Shown: positions 1 to 12,028 of the stretch, piece by piece
Layout: each line of letters begins with the position of its first letter
Numbering within the stretch: the stretch's first letter is position 1
Assembly: GCF_036365525.1 (NCBI RefSeq)
Contig: NC_090378.1
Span: 98,514,116-98,578,115 of the forward strand
Source: Heterodontus francisci
Lineage: Eukaryota
Direction: 5' to 3'
Length of the DNA: 64,000 nt
Made by a program: the position numbers and the translations under genes
Notes under the pieces: generated by a model
What the model saw: only the letters and a program-made list of their open reading frames with translations
Told to the model about the DNA's origin: nothing
Databases searched by the model: none

Positions 1-872
1 ATAATTTTAGTCAGCAGGACCATGCCTCCTTAAAACTGTCATTTTTACCACCGTTAGAATCTTTGCTGGCAACCCTGAAGGAAATTCCTCACTCTTCAAG
101 CCATTTGGACTTCCTCTAACTTACATTCTAAATTTCATCTGCACCCCTTCAGAAATGCAATAATACATGAAAGTTGAAGCTGTATGAAAACAATGGATGT
201 TTGCACTTTTTAAAATGAGCCAAAATAGAGCCTTAAAATATGCAATGCAAAATTACTCTCAGTACTGAAGATTAAAGTTTCTACTGGTTGCTTTTTCATA
301 TGGATCACCAAGTAAAAGCATTTCCCTTCATTCATTTAAAGAGCCAGGTATCATTCCCCATCCAACTGGACAGGGAAAGTAATGAGCTCCCTGGTCACTC
401 TCTTTTTCAGTTTACTGCTAATACTTATGTAATCAGTCTACAATAACTTGGCTTTTGCTAATCCCTCATTTTGCCCTCTTTCGCTACTGTTACTCTTTGC
501 AGAGAATAGGAAACATGCTTTCCAGTCTTACCACTTAATGATGTAATATAATGGAACCGCTGTTAACCTACACTCACGAAGCTGTACTCAATAATAGAGT
601 GAAGCAGTACAAAATTCACAATAGATTTAAAAGGGAAATGTTACTGGGACGACTAGGCAAGAACTGACAGACACAGCTATGCAACCCAGAGCTTAAGGTT
701 TTACTCAACTTCAGATGCCATGAAAGCAAACTGGAGACTGAATCTAATTTGAAGATAGCAAGATGGTGGAGCACCCAAAGTGCCGACCTTCAGTGGCCCC
801 ACTGATGGATTTTTCTATGCTGCCATCTTTATTCATTGCCCAGGGCTGCTGTGGGGATTTGGCAAGGGGAGA

Positions 873-902
873 GGGGTGGGGGGGGGGGGGGGGGGGGGGG
901 GC
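873..902 (+). repeat. Poly-G tract (G-quadruplex-capable)
   Basis: ggggtggg followed by more than 20 consecutive G. Confidence 0.9.
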
Positions 903-1703
903 TGCAGTCACCAGTTTGCACAGGCTGAAGTGCTTATGCAGCTTTAAATGTGGCAGCTGAATTGATTGCAACTACTGTTTCAAGGCTTCACTATGAGCCC
1001 TTGCACTTTGAAGTTAGCCTGGATGGATCATTATCAGTCTGATCACATCTCTCTAACACTTGGGCATAATATTACATCCTAAAAGACTGAGATAAATATT
1101 TACTTTAATACTTGGTATTGTTATTCCCTGTAGATTTTAAAAAGGATGAAAAGAAACAGGAGGAATTTTGCTGAATAAATATACCCAACCAGGCCCTGTT
1201 TAGAAGGATTTCTCATCAGTGGACAGATGGTTTTGCACAGCCCTTTTGTTCTGCAGCAGCAAACCTTAAAGAAAAAACTGAAATCCATGGCAAAGAATCC
1301 ATGAGACAATGCCTATCTGCAGTTAAAATACTGAGTCTTCACAAAGCCCTGAAGACACATAACCTTTGTCCTCGATAGAGTTAAGGAGCCAAACAAATTC
1401 CATTACTTTTTTTTCCATAAACTGGGACAAGATGGCAGTGCTTTCAGCATCAACTGACAGACAACGTATACAGTTTCCCAACCTTGCCCTAAAAATATCT
1501 AGGGCAGGGGGAGATTAGAAGAAAACATGAAAGAAGAATTGCAAGCATTAACAAATGCAACACTGAACTGCAAAATTTACTAAGTAACTTTAATCATCAC
1601 ATTTATATTTTGCATATTTAAAATGTACCTTTTATTACAAGAGAATGCAACCAAAATACATGGACAACAGACAACAGCTGTCTGACACATCTCATTCGGA
1701 TGT

Positions 1704-2205
1704 NNNNNNNNNNNNNNNNNNNNNNNNNNNNNNNNNNNNNNNNNNNNNNNNNNNNNNNNNNNNNNNNNNNNNNNNNNNNNNNNNNNNNNNNNNNNNNNNN
1801 NNNNNNNNNNNNNNNNNNNNNNNNNNNNNNNNNNNNNNNNNNNNNNNNNNNNNNNNNNNNNNNNNNNNNNNNNNNNNNNNNNNNNNNNNNNNNNNNNNNN
1901 NNNNNNNNNNNNNNNNNNNNNNNNNNNNNNNNNNNNNNNNNNNNNNNNNNNNNNNNNNNNNNNNNNNNNNNNNNNNNNNNNNNNNNNNNNNNNNNNNNNN
2001 NNNNNNNNNNNNNNNNNNNNNNNNNNNNNNNNNNNNNNNNNNNNNNNNNNNNNNNNNNNNNNNNNNNNNNNNNNNNNNNNNNNNNNNNNNNNNNNNNNNN
2101 NNNNNNNNNNNNNNNNNNNNNNNNNNNNNNNNNNNNNNNNNNNNNNNNNNNNNNNNNNNNNNNNNNNNNNNNNNNNNNNNNNNNNNNNNNNNNNNNNNNN
2201 NNNNN
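1704..2205. other. Assembly gap (N run)
   Basis: Continuous run of about 500 N. ORFs spanning it are artefacts. Confidence 0.99.
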
Positions 2206-2209
2206 CATG

Positions 2210-2513
2210 ATCAACCCCCCTCCCCCTCATTGGGGCCTGGCTGATTGGCCCCAGCAAACCCCGACCCCACTTACCTCATTCTCCGGCTTCCCAGTGGCAC
2301 TGCTGGAACTGAAGAGCTGCCGGCCCTCTGACTGGTCGGCAGTTCTTGGAGGCAGAACATCCTGCCTTAGAGGGATGGAAGCAGTGACCTCGGGCAATTA
2401 ATTGCCCGAGCCACACAAAATAGCATCATGGCTTCCAGGGTGGACAAAGGTAGGCTCGGCCCTGGCTCTCCAGCCAGTGGGCAGGGCCACCACCTCTGTG
2501 CCTAATCCTGGCC
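2210..2513. mobile_element. Fragment of a GC-richer non-autonomous DNA transposon (MITE-like), cut by the gap
   Basis: GC-rich block ending in aatcctggcc, similar to the Harbinger-type termini elsewhere in the window. Contains a perfect 22-bp palindrome ctcgggcaattaattgcccgag (2389-2410). Confidence 0.45.
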
Positions 2514-2625
2514 TGCACTTCAGACAGTGTAGCACTCCCTCAATACTGTACTACTGTTAGCATAGATTTTGTGCAAGTCTCTGGAGTTGTATTTTAACCA
2601 CAAACTTTGTCTCAGAGGTGATGAG
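2514..2625 (-). mobile_element. SacSINE1/DeuSINE-like SINE fragment
   Basis: gacagtgtagcactccctcaatactgta...caagtctctggagt matches the longer copy at 11590-12028. Confidence 0.7.
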
Positions 2626-4023
2626 GTCTCATTATTAAAAACCCTTCAAAATAAAAGTTACATATGAAAATTTGATTATTTTCAACCAGAGTGCTGATGA
2701 CATGCAAGACAAGACCTGTGGTGGAGTTACTTGAACCCAAATGGAAGCGAGCCAAGTCGACACTAGGAGACACGCAATCAAACGCTCTCATTATAGTACC
2801 CTAGCCTGTACAATGAAGTACATTAAATATTATGCTTACGGCACAATATCAAGTTCCTCAAATTTGAGGCAGTCAGCTCCATGGGAAAATGCATTACCCA
2901 TCACCTCAGAAGATTTGCTCTCGCACCAATGTGCATATACACGATTTCAATGCGATTCAAAATTATATATAGAAATACAAGAATTGCCTTAGGTTACAGC
3001 CATGCACCAAAGCTGACTTTCACCAATGGAATACTGCTATGACTGGACCTCCCTGGAAGCAGAATGAGATTCAACAACTCTAGGCTGCAAATTTTGTGAC
3101 GTGTATACACATCACTGGATAGGTGGATGACTGGCAGGAAAAAACCTAGACAATCAATTTAAAATCAATTCAAATTCAAAGTTCATTCAGCATCAACTAT
3201 GCATATTAACTTCCTACATTTGACAAGGGGAAAAAAAAGGAAAAGCTTCTGTGGCCGTGCACTTTATAACCTATGGTCGTTGCTCAAGCTGATCTTTAAA
3301 AATAAAATATTTTTAAAAAGAAAATTCCATTAATTGTCGACATGCCAATGGAAAAATGAAAGCTTTACATCAATGCTGGAGCAGCCTGGGATTCCCCATA
3401 GGTAGGAAAGAAGTCAAAAAGAATTCACTTCAGCATCTCAGCCAAAGGCATCTCAATTTTTGGAAATTGAGTCTCGATCCAAAGGAGGCCCTTTTTCCCC
3501 CTTTACTTCAACTTGTCAAGCTACCTTTGTAGGAGCATGATTTATAGAATTTGTAAGATTAAATTTGGCTGACCTTTAGAAGTTACAGTAACTTGAAAAG
3601 GGAATGCTAAATACAATTCACACACCATTCATAGATCATGTTTACTTGCATTAGCTTAGTTGACAATATAAAACAAATTCTAAATCATTAATACAAACAC
3701 CACGTTAAATGGATAGGACCAATAATGTAATGTCTGTCCCAAGAACTAGTAATTTCATTAAATTCATGCTGGAGTAACATAGAAAATTATCTGAAAAGGA
3801 AATAGATGAAATTTCATTTTTTTCTTTGGATTGTTAATCTTCTGTTTTGTACCAGAATGTTCAACCTTATGAAAAGGTCAGGTCTCTCTCTGATAAATCA
3901 GTGAGCAAGACTGCTCATACACTATCCGGAGAAGCTCCACTCCTCCCATCATAGTTCCCTTTCTACACAGGACTAAAACAGTCATCGTAACAAGACTTTC
4001 ACCCTACAGTGAAGTCAGTGAAC

Positions 4024-4370
4024 GGCAGCACAGTGGCGCAATGGCTAGCACCGCAGCCTCACAGCTCCAGCAACCCGGGTTCGGTTCTGGGTACTGCCTG
4101 TGTGGAGTTTGCAAGTTCTCCCTGTGACTATGTGGGTTTCCTCTGAGTGCTCCGGTTTCCTCCCACATGCCAAAGACTTGCGGGTTGATAGGTAAATTGG
4201 CCATTATAAAAAAAAATTGCCCCTCATGTAGGCAGGTGGTAGGAGAATTGAGGGATGAGGGGGGGGGAAATGGGATTAATGTAGGATTAGTATAAATGGG
4301 TGGTTGATGGTCGGCGCGGACTCGGTGGGCCAAAGGGCCTGTTTCAGTGCTGTATCTCTCCATGACTCTA
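4024..4370 (+). mobile_element. HE1-like tRNA-derived V-SINE, full length
   Basis: tRNA head (ggcagcacagtggcgcaatggctagca...gggttcg), V-domain (tgtgtggagtttgca...gtgctccggtttcctcccaca) and CR1-derived tail (gggccaaagggcctgtttcagtgctgta). Confidence 0.9.
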
Positions 4371-6002
4371 ATTACCTGAAGTAGCTCTTTATCTCCTCGG
4401 ATATTACTCTCCCTGCTCAAAGCTGTTACTGTTTGTACGTTTTTTTTTAAAAAAAGGGAGTTTTAACTTGGCTTCACTGAGCTTCCACAATAGCCGCAGA
4501 TGAACAATGACTATACTTCCCAGTCTGTTATTTTCGTCACCCTCTTCAGTTTTCGTTGGAAAAATACAACCATCTTAGACAACCATTACAGCTCTGAAGT
4601 TACCATTCTCCTGTTAATGTGTTTTTGTTCAAGTGTCTGGATGCTAAATTATTCAGAAACCAGAATTAACAAGATTCCTGATTTGTTGAAGAGTTTAACA
4701 GTCAACAGCTTTTGTTTAGAGTACAGGTTTGCCATAGAGCACTTCTAGGAACTGAAGAGTATCAAGATGGAACCTGAAACTCCACTTCTAATGACTCATC
4801 CACAATTTTCCAATAAAAAGGCTGCTGGGATTTTGTCCCCTATCAATAGCTTAAACATTTTTGCAAATTCACTATTCTAATGGTTGATGTACGCTTTTCT
4901 AAAAAAAAATCAACACTCAAAGTGCAAGGTTGGGCGTCGTGTTTCATGCGCTACCATCGCAATGCTAACACTAAGTTTAGGAGTCGAACGTTGTATCTTA
5001 ACTTTTAGCCAAGCATTTTGTTTTGCTTCTCTCTTCCCACCCCCTCCCCACTAGTAAACACTGAATCAAGAACTCGGTTCTTGGAGTGGACCAGAATCGT
5101 GAGATCAATTGTTGTGGTTTATTTTATTCCCATGTTAATATTGTGAAATTCAAGCACGACCGGTCCTTTGCCAACATTTGACTTCGTCTTGTGAAGGGTC
5201 AAGCTATATAGGTTCACACGAAGTACACCGCAGGGACAACGTTAAAATTTGAGACACAACTATTTAACTTTCATTTAAGTGAAGTAAAACCAATTGCTGT
5301 ATGGTTTTCAAATGTTATGTGGAGTCCCCACCCCCGCCCGCCCACACACACCACACACACACGTTAATAATCCCAAACTGCCGAATCGACAGAGTGGAGA
5401 TTAAAAACTAATACAACAGCCCCCTCAGCGGTTGCACGGCAGAATTGTCAAAAGTTGTGCTCAAGTATTTGAGACGGACAAAAGTAACCACGGGCTGCTG
5501 GTCCTCTCCAATGGCTGCAGACTTACATCAGGATATGGCGAGCATCCCACTCGGAAAGGCAACATAAACACTAGTAACCACTCAGCAGAAACGTCTTCGA
5601 CCAATGAACCACTTTCCAGAAATGGTTAATTAAAACAAGTGGTGTTTCGGATTTAATCAGTGAATAAGCATGCACCATTTCTCCCCATTCAATAGTTTAA
5701 CCAAACAAGAAATCACCTTTATTAAGTAGTGAACAAGTAAAAATAAACCGTATTGTTTCGTAGCCAAGACACATTTCACACATATGCCACTCATTACATT
5801 GCCTTTCCACCACCCACCATTGGTAACAAGAGATACACAGCCAGGATTTTTCCTCAGTTTGTTAAGCAACTCACGAATTATGGAAAAATAAACTTATTAC
5901 TTGAAATATCTAATTGTGCAGAGAAAGCCCAGTGCAGCCATCACCAACTCCACACACACACAAACTGTGAATCAACCCTTGCCTCTTCTCCCAGACACAT
6001 AC

Positions 6003-6197
6003 CAAGGAGTTGTTTTCCTCCGGAGACCTGGCTTGATAGCTCTGCAGGGCCACATTGGGCTCGCCCAGAAGCTCCAGCACCAAACTCTGTTGAATGTTGC
6101 GCACGGCCGAGCGCTTGCGGTCGAACAAGCCGTGACTGCCCACATCGGGGCTCCAGGTCGGGGCTCGCAAGAGTTCCACAGGTGACGGGGAAATCAT
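6003..6197 (-). CDS. Probable coding exon (likely a first or alternative first exon) of an unidentified gene: MISPSPVELLRAPTWSPDVGSHGLFDRKRSAVRNIQQSLVLELLGEPNVALQSYQARSPEENNSL
   Basis: ATG at 6197 followed by 65 codons with strong vertebrate GC3 bias (GTG, CTG, GAG, GCC, CAG, AAC). Ends in a phase-0 donor TTG|GTATGT at 6003/6002. Lies in non-repetitive CpG-rich DNA. Protein family not recognised. Confidence 0.6.
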
Positions 6198-6249
6198 TGG
6201 AGAAAGCTTCCGAAAGAACAAGACACAAAAAAAAATCCACCAGCTAAAA

Positions 6250-6640
6250 AATTATCCAGTATTAAAATACATATCTCACAAAAAAAAAATGAAGAGCTGG
6301 AGCTTCACTCTCTCTCTGTTGCCTGGCAGCCCGGCTCGTAGAGGCTGCCCGCTGTCTGATGAGCAACAGCTGCTGGCCAATGCTGCCTGTCCCTCCCCCC
6401 TGCTCCAGATCCAGCTCCTCCCACCCCCGCCCCCGCTCCACATCCACATCACCCTCCCTCCCACTCCAGCTCCTGCCGCAGATTACTTCCCTCCCTGGCT
6501 CGAAAAGCTTTCACCCACTGATGTCATCCCCCTAGCGAAAGCAAAACTCCAGACACAAAACCTGGCGTGGAGTCGACAAGAAGCGAAGCAGACTCTGACA
6601 TCGCTCAGCACAAGACACGCGCGACGTAGAAAATGGGGGA
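6250..6640 (-). promoter_or_regulatory. CpG-enriched promoter/5'UTR-like region upstream of the minus-strand exon
   Basis: Locally high GC and CpG, GC box (ccccgcccc near 6425), CCAAT (near 6377), ETS-like acttcc (near 6485). No repeat similarity noticed. Confidence 0.55.
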
Positions 6641-6708
6641 TTTTGCTTACATTAACTCAATTATTATGAAGTCTTTTTTTTCTGGGGGAGGGGAAGAAAG
6701 AGGTGGTT

Positions 6709-7107
6709 GCAGAGATTTACCACAATTGTATCAGGGATGAGGGACTTCATTTATATGGAGGAGATTCGAGAAGCTGAGGTTCTTCATAAAGAAGTATTCA
6801 ATATCATGAAGGGTTTTGACAGAGGATATGCAGCAAAACCATTTCCAATGGCACGAGCGTCAGTTAAAGTTACAAATTTAAAATTTGGCAAAAAAAAAAG
6901 CCATGGAGTGGATGGAGAGCCAAATTCCATATATAAACTCAGCAAGTTACAATTATATGCTCTGCATTACCTAAAAGGGTGGTGGAACCAGATCCAGTAA
7001 TAACTTTCAAAAGGGAATTCAAAAGCAAAAATATGAAAGTATGGACCAACAGGGGAAAGGTACAAACATGGGACGAATGATCTCCTCCTGTGCTGTAAGA
7101 TTCTATG
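6709..7107 (+). mobile_element. CR1 LINE 3' fragment, decayed
   Basis: QRFTTIVSGMRD resembles the CR1 QRRFTRMIPG motif. Ends in ctcctgtgctgtaagattctatg. Confidence 0.75.
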
Positions 7108-7818
7108 GATAAACGCTCAACAGAAAACTAATAAGGAAAGACACATTCCATGAGAAAAATTCTGCCACTTTTCCTGGCATTCCCAGATATTATCTGTGAA
7201 ATTATTTAATATAAAATTAGTATGATTTGTTAAATGATGCCAATCATTTATAGAAACAAAGTAAAAGCCAACCACAATTTAGCAACATTATTCTTACTGT
7301 GTTAGATGATATTTCCTAACTGGCAAATTGAGCTTGAGCCCTAGGTCCATTTAGAGTAGGAGACTGTGTGAATGCAACTGAAGGGGGCATCATACTTTGC
7401 ACATGGCTGGCTGTGCTCAGCAAGAAAGGCCCTCTCAGTTTGGGCCAGATACAGAAGATACCTTACAAAATAATGGATTCTATAATTAGTCGTGAATACT
7501 ACCCAAATTCTTTTATTTGCTTAAAAAAACATAACAGGAGAGCACCTTCTCCAGAATTACATGTTCCAAACAATTTCAGTGGACATTGGAAGTTGGAGCT
7601 TTAGTTTTTGTGAAGCTGAAAGATCTCTTTCAAATCAACAAAGCAGACGCAGTACAACATAATCAGTAAATTTTAACCAAAGTATTCTACAGATTATAGC
7701 TGAAATACAAATTTGAGACATCATGTGTATTAGTGGATGAATTCTACATGTTATAGTACTTCATATAGAAGGCTACTCAGTTTTGAACTGATTATTAAAA
7801 TTCTGAAGCTGAAAAACG

Positions 7819-8628
7819 GACTTGCCTTTATACAGCACTTTTCACGATCCACGGTCATCCCAATGTACGTTACAGCCAATGAAATACTTTTGAAGTGTAG
7901 TTGCTATAGGGAAATGTGGCAGCCAACCTGTGCACAAGGTCCCACAAGCAGCAGAGATAATGACCAGATCATCTATTTAAAGTATCTTGGTTGAGAGATA
8001 AATATTGGCCAGGACACCAGGGAGAATTCATGATTTTGTTTCTAAAAAAGTAGCACCAATGGGATCTTTTATCACTACCTGAGAGGGCAGAGGGGGCCTT
8101 GCTTTAACATCTCATTTAAAAGACGGCACCTCCAACAGTGTAGCATGTCCTCAGTAATGCGCTGGAGTATAAGCCTAGATTCTCCATTCAAGTCTCAGGG
8201 ACAAGGCTCGATTCCACTAGATTAGATTAGATTAGAGATACAGCACTGAAACAGGCCCTTCGGCCCACCGAGTCTGTGCCGAACATCAGCCACCCATTTA
8301 TACTAATCCTACACTAATCCCATATTCCTACCAAACATCCCCACCTGTCCCTATATTTCCCTACCACCTACCTATACTAGTGACAATTTATAATGGCCAA
8401 TTTACCTATCAACCTGCAAGTCTTTTGGCTTGTGGGAGGAAACCGGAGCACCCGGAGAAAACCCACGCAGACACAGGGAGAACTTGCAAACTCCACACAG
8501 GCAGTACCAGGAATCGAACCCGGGTCCCTGGAGCTGTGAGGCTGCAGTGCTAACCACTGCGCCACTGTGCCGCCCACTAAACTACTTTGACTTGGGCAAG
8601 TGTGCTCCCACTGAACCCTAGCTGACAC
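7819..8628 (-). mobile_element. SacSINE1/DeuSINE-like SINE interrupted by an HE1-like SINE
   Basis: acagccaatgaaatacttttgaagtgtag...gataaatattggccaggacacc...aaagacggcacctccaacagtg. The head remnant resumes after 8575. Confidence 0.8.
8218..8575 (-). mobile_element. HE1-like V-SINE, full length, nested in the older SINE
   Basis: Reverse complement of the 4024 element, with a (TCTAA)n tail. Confidence 0.9.
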
Positions 8629-9493
8629 TATAAAGACTACACTTCATATACTATATACATAAACACAAATACAGGTAACTGTTCAACTGTGACAACATAC
8701 AAAACAGAAGCAATTCTGTGCAAGTACTGCATGCACAAAATGCATGGAATAAGTGACAAGGAGGCATGGAATTTGATCATATGTGAGGTGAATTTTTTTA
8801 AAAAACAAAACCTAAAATCTTTGACTTGCTATTTTTACATGGATGTAACTGCCAAACCTTACCATACTCAAGAAAGTCACTCTTTTCTCTGTGGAGTTAC
8901 TGGAGAGGACACTCCCAAAGCAGCAAGGAGGCAGGTAGGTATAGTTGAGAGAAAATCTCTAACTGGCCACAATTAGTATTGGAACTCAAAGAATCCCTCA
9001 TTTTATTTTTTCATGTTAGTCCCAGCACCTTTCTAATTTATCCATTTTTGTATTATTGTACAATACAGAATTTTAGCTGTATTCATACTAAATAGTGGCA
9101 TCCTGATAAATGATTTATAATAATCCTCAATCTTCAAATTTCAACAATTGCGTTCATTCACAATAGCTAAACAGTGCTGGTTTCAAGAAATAAAAATATT
9201 TAAATCAGCCTACAATTCAGGATTATTTTCAAACCAGCTCGTGGCAAATTAAAATTTCACAATGTAACATACATTCTTACCACTACCACAGCAAAACAAC
9301 AATCGGTATTATAATTATCTGTCTACCCAGAAACTTGAGGAAGTTAAGATTTAGGCAGGGCAGTGAATTTCCCCCGACAGATTTCTCAGTTAAGGAGTGG
9401 CCTGGGGGTTTCCATTGTTACATTTCTAAGCCTGATTTTCTACCTGTTCATTTCAATGGGTAGTGGAAGAGGAAAGCCCTAGCCTCGGATTCA

Positions 9494-9796
9494 TTTTTTT
9501 ATTTATTTAGAGATACAGCACTGAAACAGGCCCTTCGGCCCACCGAGTCTGTGCCGACCAACAACCACCCATTTATGCTCACCCTACAGTAACCCCATAT
9601 TCCCTACCTACACTAGGGGCAATTTATGACAGCCAATTTACCTATCACCTGCAAGTCTTTGGCATGTGGGAGGAAACCGGAGCACCTGGAGAAAACCCAC
9701 TTTTTTTTTCTTTTGTTGTTTCACTCTATTGGCCACATTAACTATCTCAGGCTGTCCTGTTTTTTATTTAGAGATACAGCACTGAAACAGGCCCTT
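9494..9796 (-). mobile_element. 5'-truncated HE1-like SINE plus a second isolated tail copy (9760-9796)
   Basis: tttagagatacagcactgaaacaggccctt occurs twice. The V-domain is truncated at about 9700. Confidence 0.85.
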
Positions 9797-10389
9797 GGAA
9801 AGATCTCGGGAATGCTGCTCAGAATTGCACGCATGCTTCATACATGCCAACAAACATTCCTACATGGTGCATAGAACATGTACAGCTTCCCAAGTGGTTC
9901 GGTAGTTAAAAAGGACTACACTGGATGATATAAACCAGGATAATAGGTTAGCCAATCTTAAGAAATGGAGCTGTGCAGTTAGGAGGTTGGGTACGACAGA
10001 GAAAACTGGTCAACCTATTCCTGAACAAGGGGAAAACAAGGAAAAGGATAAAAAGGCAGGTAGGAGTAGGCATGTAAATATCCCACAATGACTGGTCACA
10101 GTTGGTATTAGAATTTATACAAAGATTTTTTTTTTTAAAATAAAAAAGTGTTGGTCTCTGCTCCTAATTAACCCATTTTGAATTATTGTGCAAAAATTTA
10201 TCTGTGTTCATGCTCGTAAGTGACATTACCCTGCTATCTAGATACTGGCTGGGAAATACGTGCATGGGGGTATTGGCTGTGATTTTGTTTCTGATTCAAG
10301 AGTCCAACATTCACTGTCTTGGATTGTCTAGTTAGGTGATGTGACAAGGCAACCACACATGGGACCATGCTGTAGCATTCATTACAACA

Positions 10390-10556
10390 CAAAAGCAAAA
10401 TACCGCAGATGCTGGAAATCTGAAACAAAAAACAGAAAACTGGAAATATTTAGCAGTCAGGCAGCATCTGTGAAGAGAAAAACAGATTTAATATAAATGT
10501 TAACTCTTTTTCTCCACATTTGCTGCCTGGCCTGCTGAGCATTTCCTCTGTTTTTA
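10390..10556. mobile_element. Penelope-like terminal repeat in fold-back (inverted) arrangement
   Basis: gatgctggaaatctgaaac...caggcagcatctgtgaagagaaa is followed by its imperfect reverse complement tttctccacatttgctgcctggcctgctgag. Confidence 0.75.
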
Positions 10557-10900
10557 TTTATTTATTTATTTAAAAGAGATACAACACTGAAACAGGCCCT
10601 TTGGCCCACCAAGTCTGTGCCGACCAACAACAACTCATTTTATACTAATCTTACATTAACCCCATATTCCCGACCACATCCCCACCATTCTCCTACCACC
10701 TACCTACACTAGGGGCAAGTTACAATGGCCAATTTACCTGTCAACCTGCAAGTCTTTGGCTGTGGGAAGAAACCGGAGCACCCGGCAGAAACCCACGCGG
10801 TCACAGGGAGAACTTGCAAACACTGCACAGGCAGTACCCAGAACTGAACCCAGGTCACTGGAGCTGTGTGAGGCTGCGGTGCTAACCACTGGGCCGCCCC
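10557..10900 (-). mobile_element. HE1-like V-SINE
   Basis: Same family as 8218-8575, with a (TAAA)n tail and a small deletion in the tRNA head. Confidence 0.9.
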
Positions 10901-11589
10901 AATGCTGTAGCATTCATTGTCTGTTTCCCTCAGAGTTGGGGGAAGGAACAGAACACATAACTGGTCTAAAATTATGATCTTATTTTGTCTTTGGAGGCAC
11001 CTCCAGTCTACCTTGGGAGAATTCCAGCTGGGCTTTGAGCCTGCAGTTTTGGGAACATTTTGTACCATGAAAGCTCCCCTCACCGTAACCATAGATCTCT
11101 GGGCATTTGCGTGTCCCCACCAGTGCAGCTTTAATGGTTGGATTCATAACCATTTCAAGGATTAATTTCAGCTTTTCAATCACTATTTCAGGGATGGTTG
11201 AGGTTTTGGAGAAGTGCAAAAATTTGCTGTGATCTACAACACCATTTAAAAAAAAAATGGAAACAAGAGTGCTGGCAATAGAAGAATTGAAGCATCACAA
11301 TGTACAACAGTCGTGGTGGAATACAATCACTCATTTTTCCTCTTTGTTTTTATTTACTTTATCGCAGATGCTTGATAACTTGCATGGAAATCAAGTCCTC
11401 AATGAGAGACAGGAGAACATCTTTACGAGGCAAGCACAAAATACTAACAATCCCTGGATATAGAACACACTCCAGCAAAGAAAGAAAGTAGAAAGAAAAG
11501 AGGTTATTGAGCTACAATTTAAGATTTGATATTTGAGAATTATCCCGTTTAAAGTCTGGGCTCCCAAAATTGGTCTAAAATAACATTAA

Positions 11590-12028
11590 AGATTTGCATT
11601 TATATAGCACCTTTCGCAACCTCAGGATATCCCCAAAGTACTTTACAACCAATGAGGTACTTTTGAAGTGTAGTCACTGTTGTGTTTCTTAAATTACAAA
11701 CAGCCAATTTGCACACAGCAAGATTCCATAAACAGCAGTGCTATAATGACCATATAATGCAATGTTAGTTGAGGGATAAATATTAGCCACGGCACCAGGG
11801 AGTACATCCATGCTCTTTGCAATCAAGCCATGGGATCTTTTACATCCATCCGAGAAGGCAGGTGAAGACTCGGTTTAGTGTTTCATCCAAAAGACAGTAT
11901 CTCAGACAGTGCAATACTCCCTCAGTACTGCACTGAGGTATCAACCTAGATTGTGCTCAAGTCTCTGGATTGGGACTTGAATTCACAACATTCTGACTCA
12001 AACGAATGTTACCAGTGAGTCATAACTG
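11590..12028 (-). mobile_element. SacSINE1/DeuSINE-like SINE, near full length
   Basis: ttgcatttatatagcacctt...gggataaatatt...gggatcttttacatcc...gggacttgaattcacaac (reverse B-box). Confidence 0.85.

Noticed and set aside
1185-1264. Possible minus-strand exon after the acceptor ttttttctttaag|
   Set aside because: Weak donor and no recognisable peptide.
1580-2401. Long ORFs in several frames
   Set aside because: They are artefacts of translating through the N gap.
4024-4090. tRNA-like sequences (also at about 8510-8575 and 32445-32505)
   Set aside because: They are SINE heads continuing into SINE bodies, not tRNA genes.
5753-6247. Five of six frames stop-free over the exon, suggesting overlapping genes
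   Set aside because: Expected for a short GC-rich stretch. Only one frame shows coding-type codon bias and a fitting donor.
8306-8315. ATCCTACACT also occurs inside an HE1-like SINE
   Set aside because: There is no SINE sequence around the 50747-51831 copies, so this is treated as coincidence.
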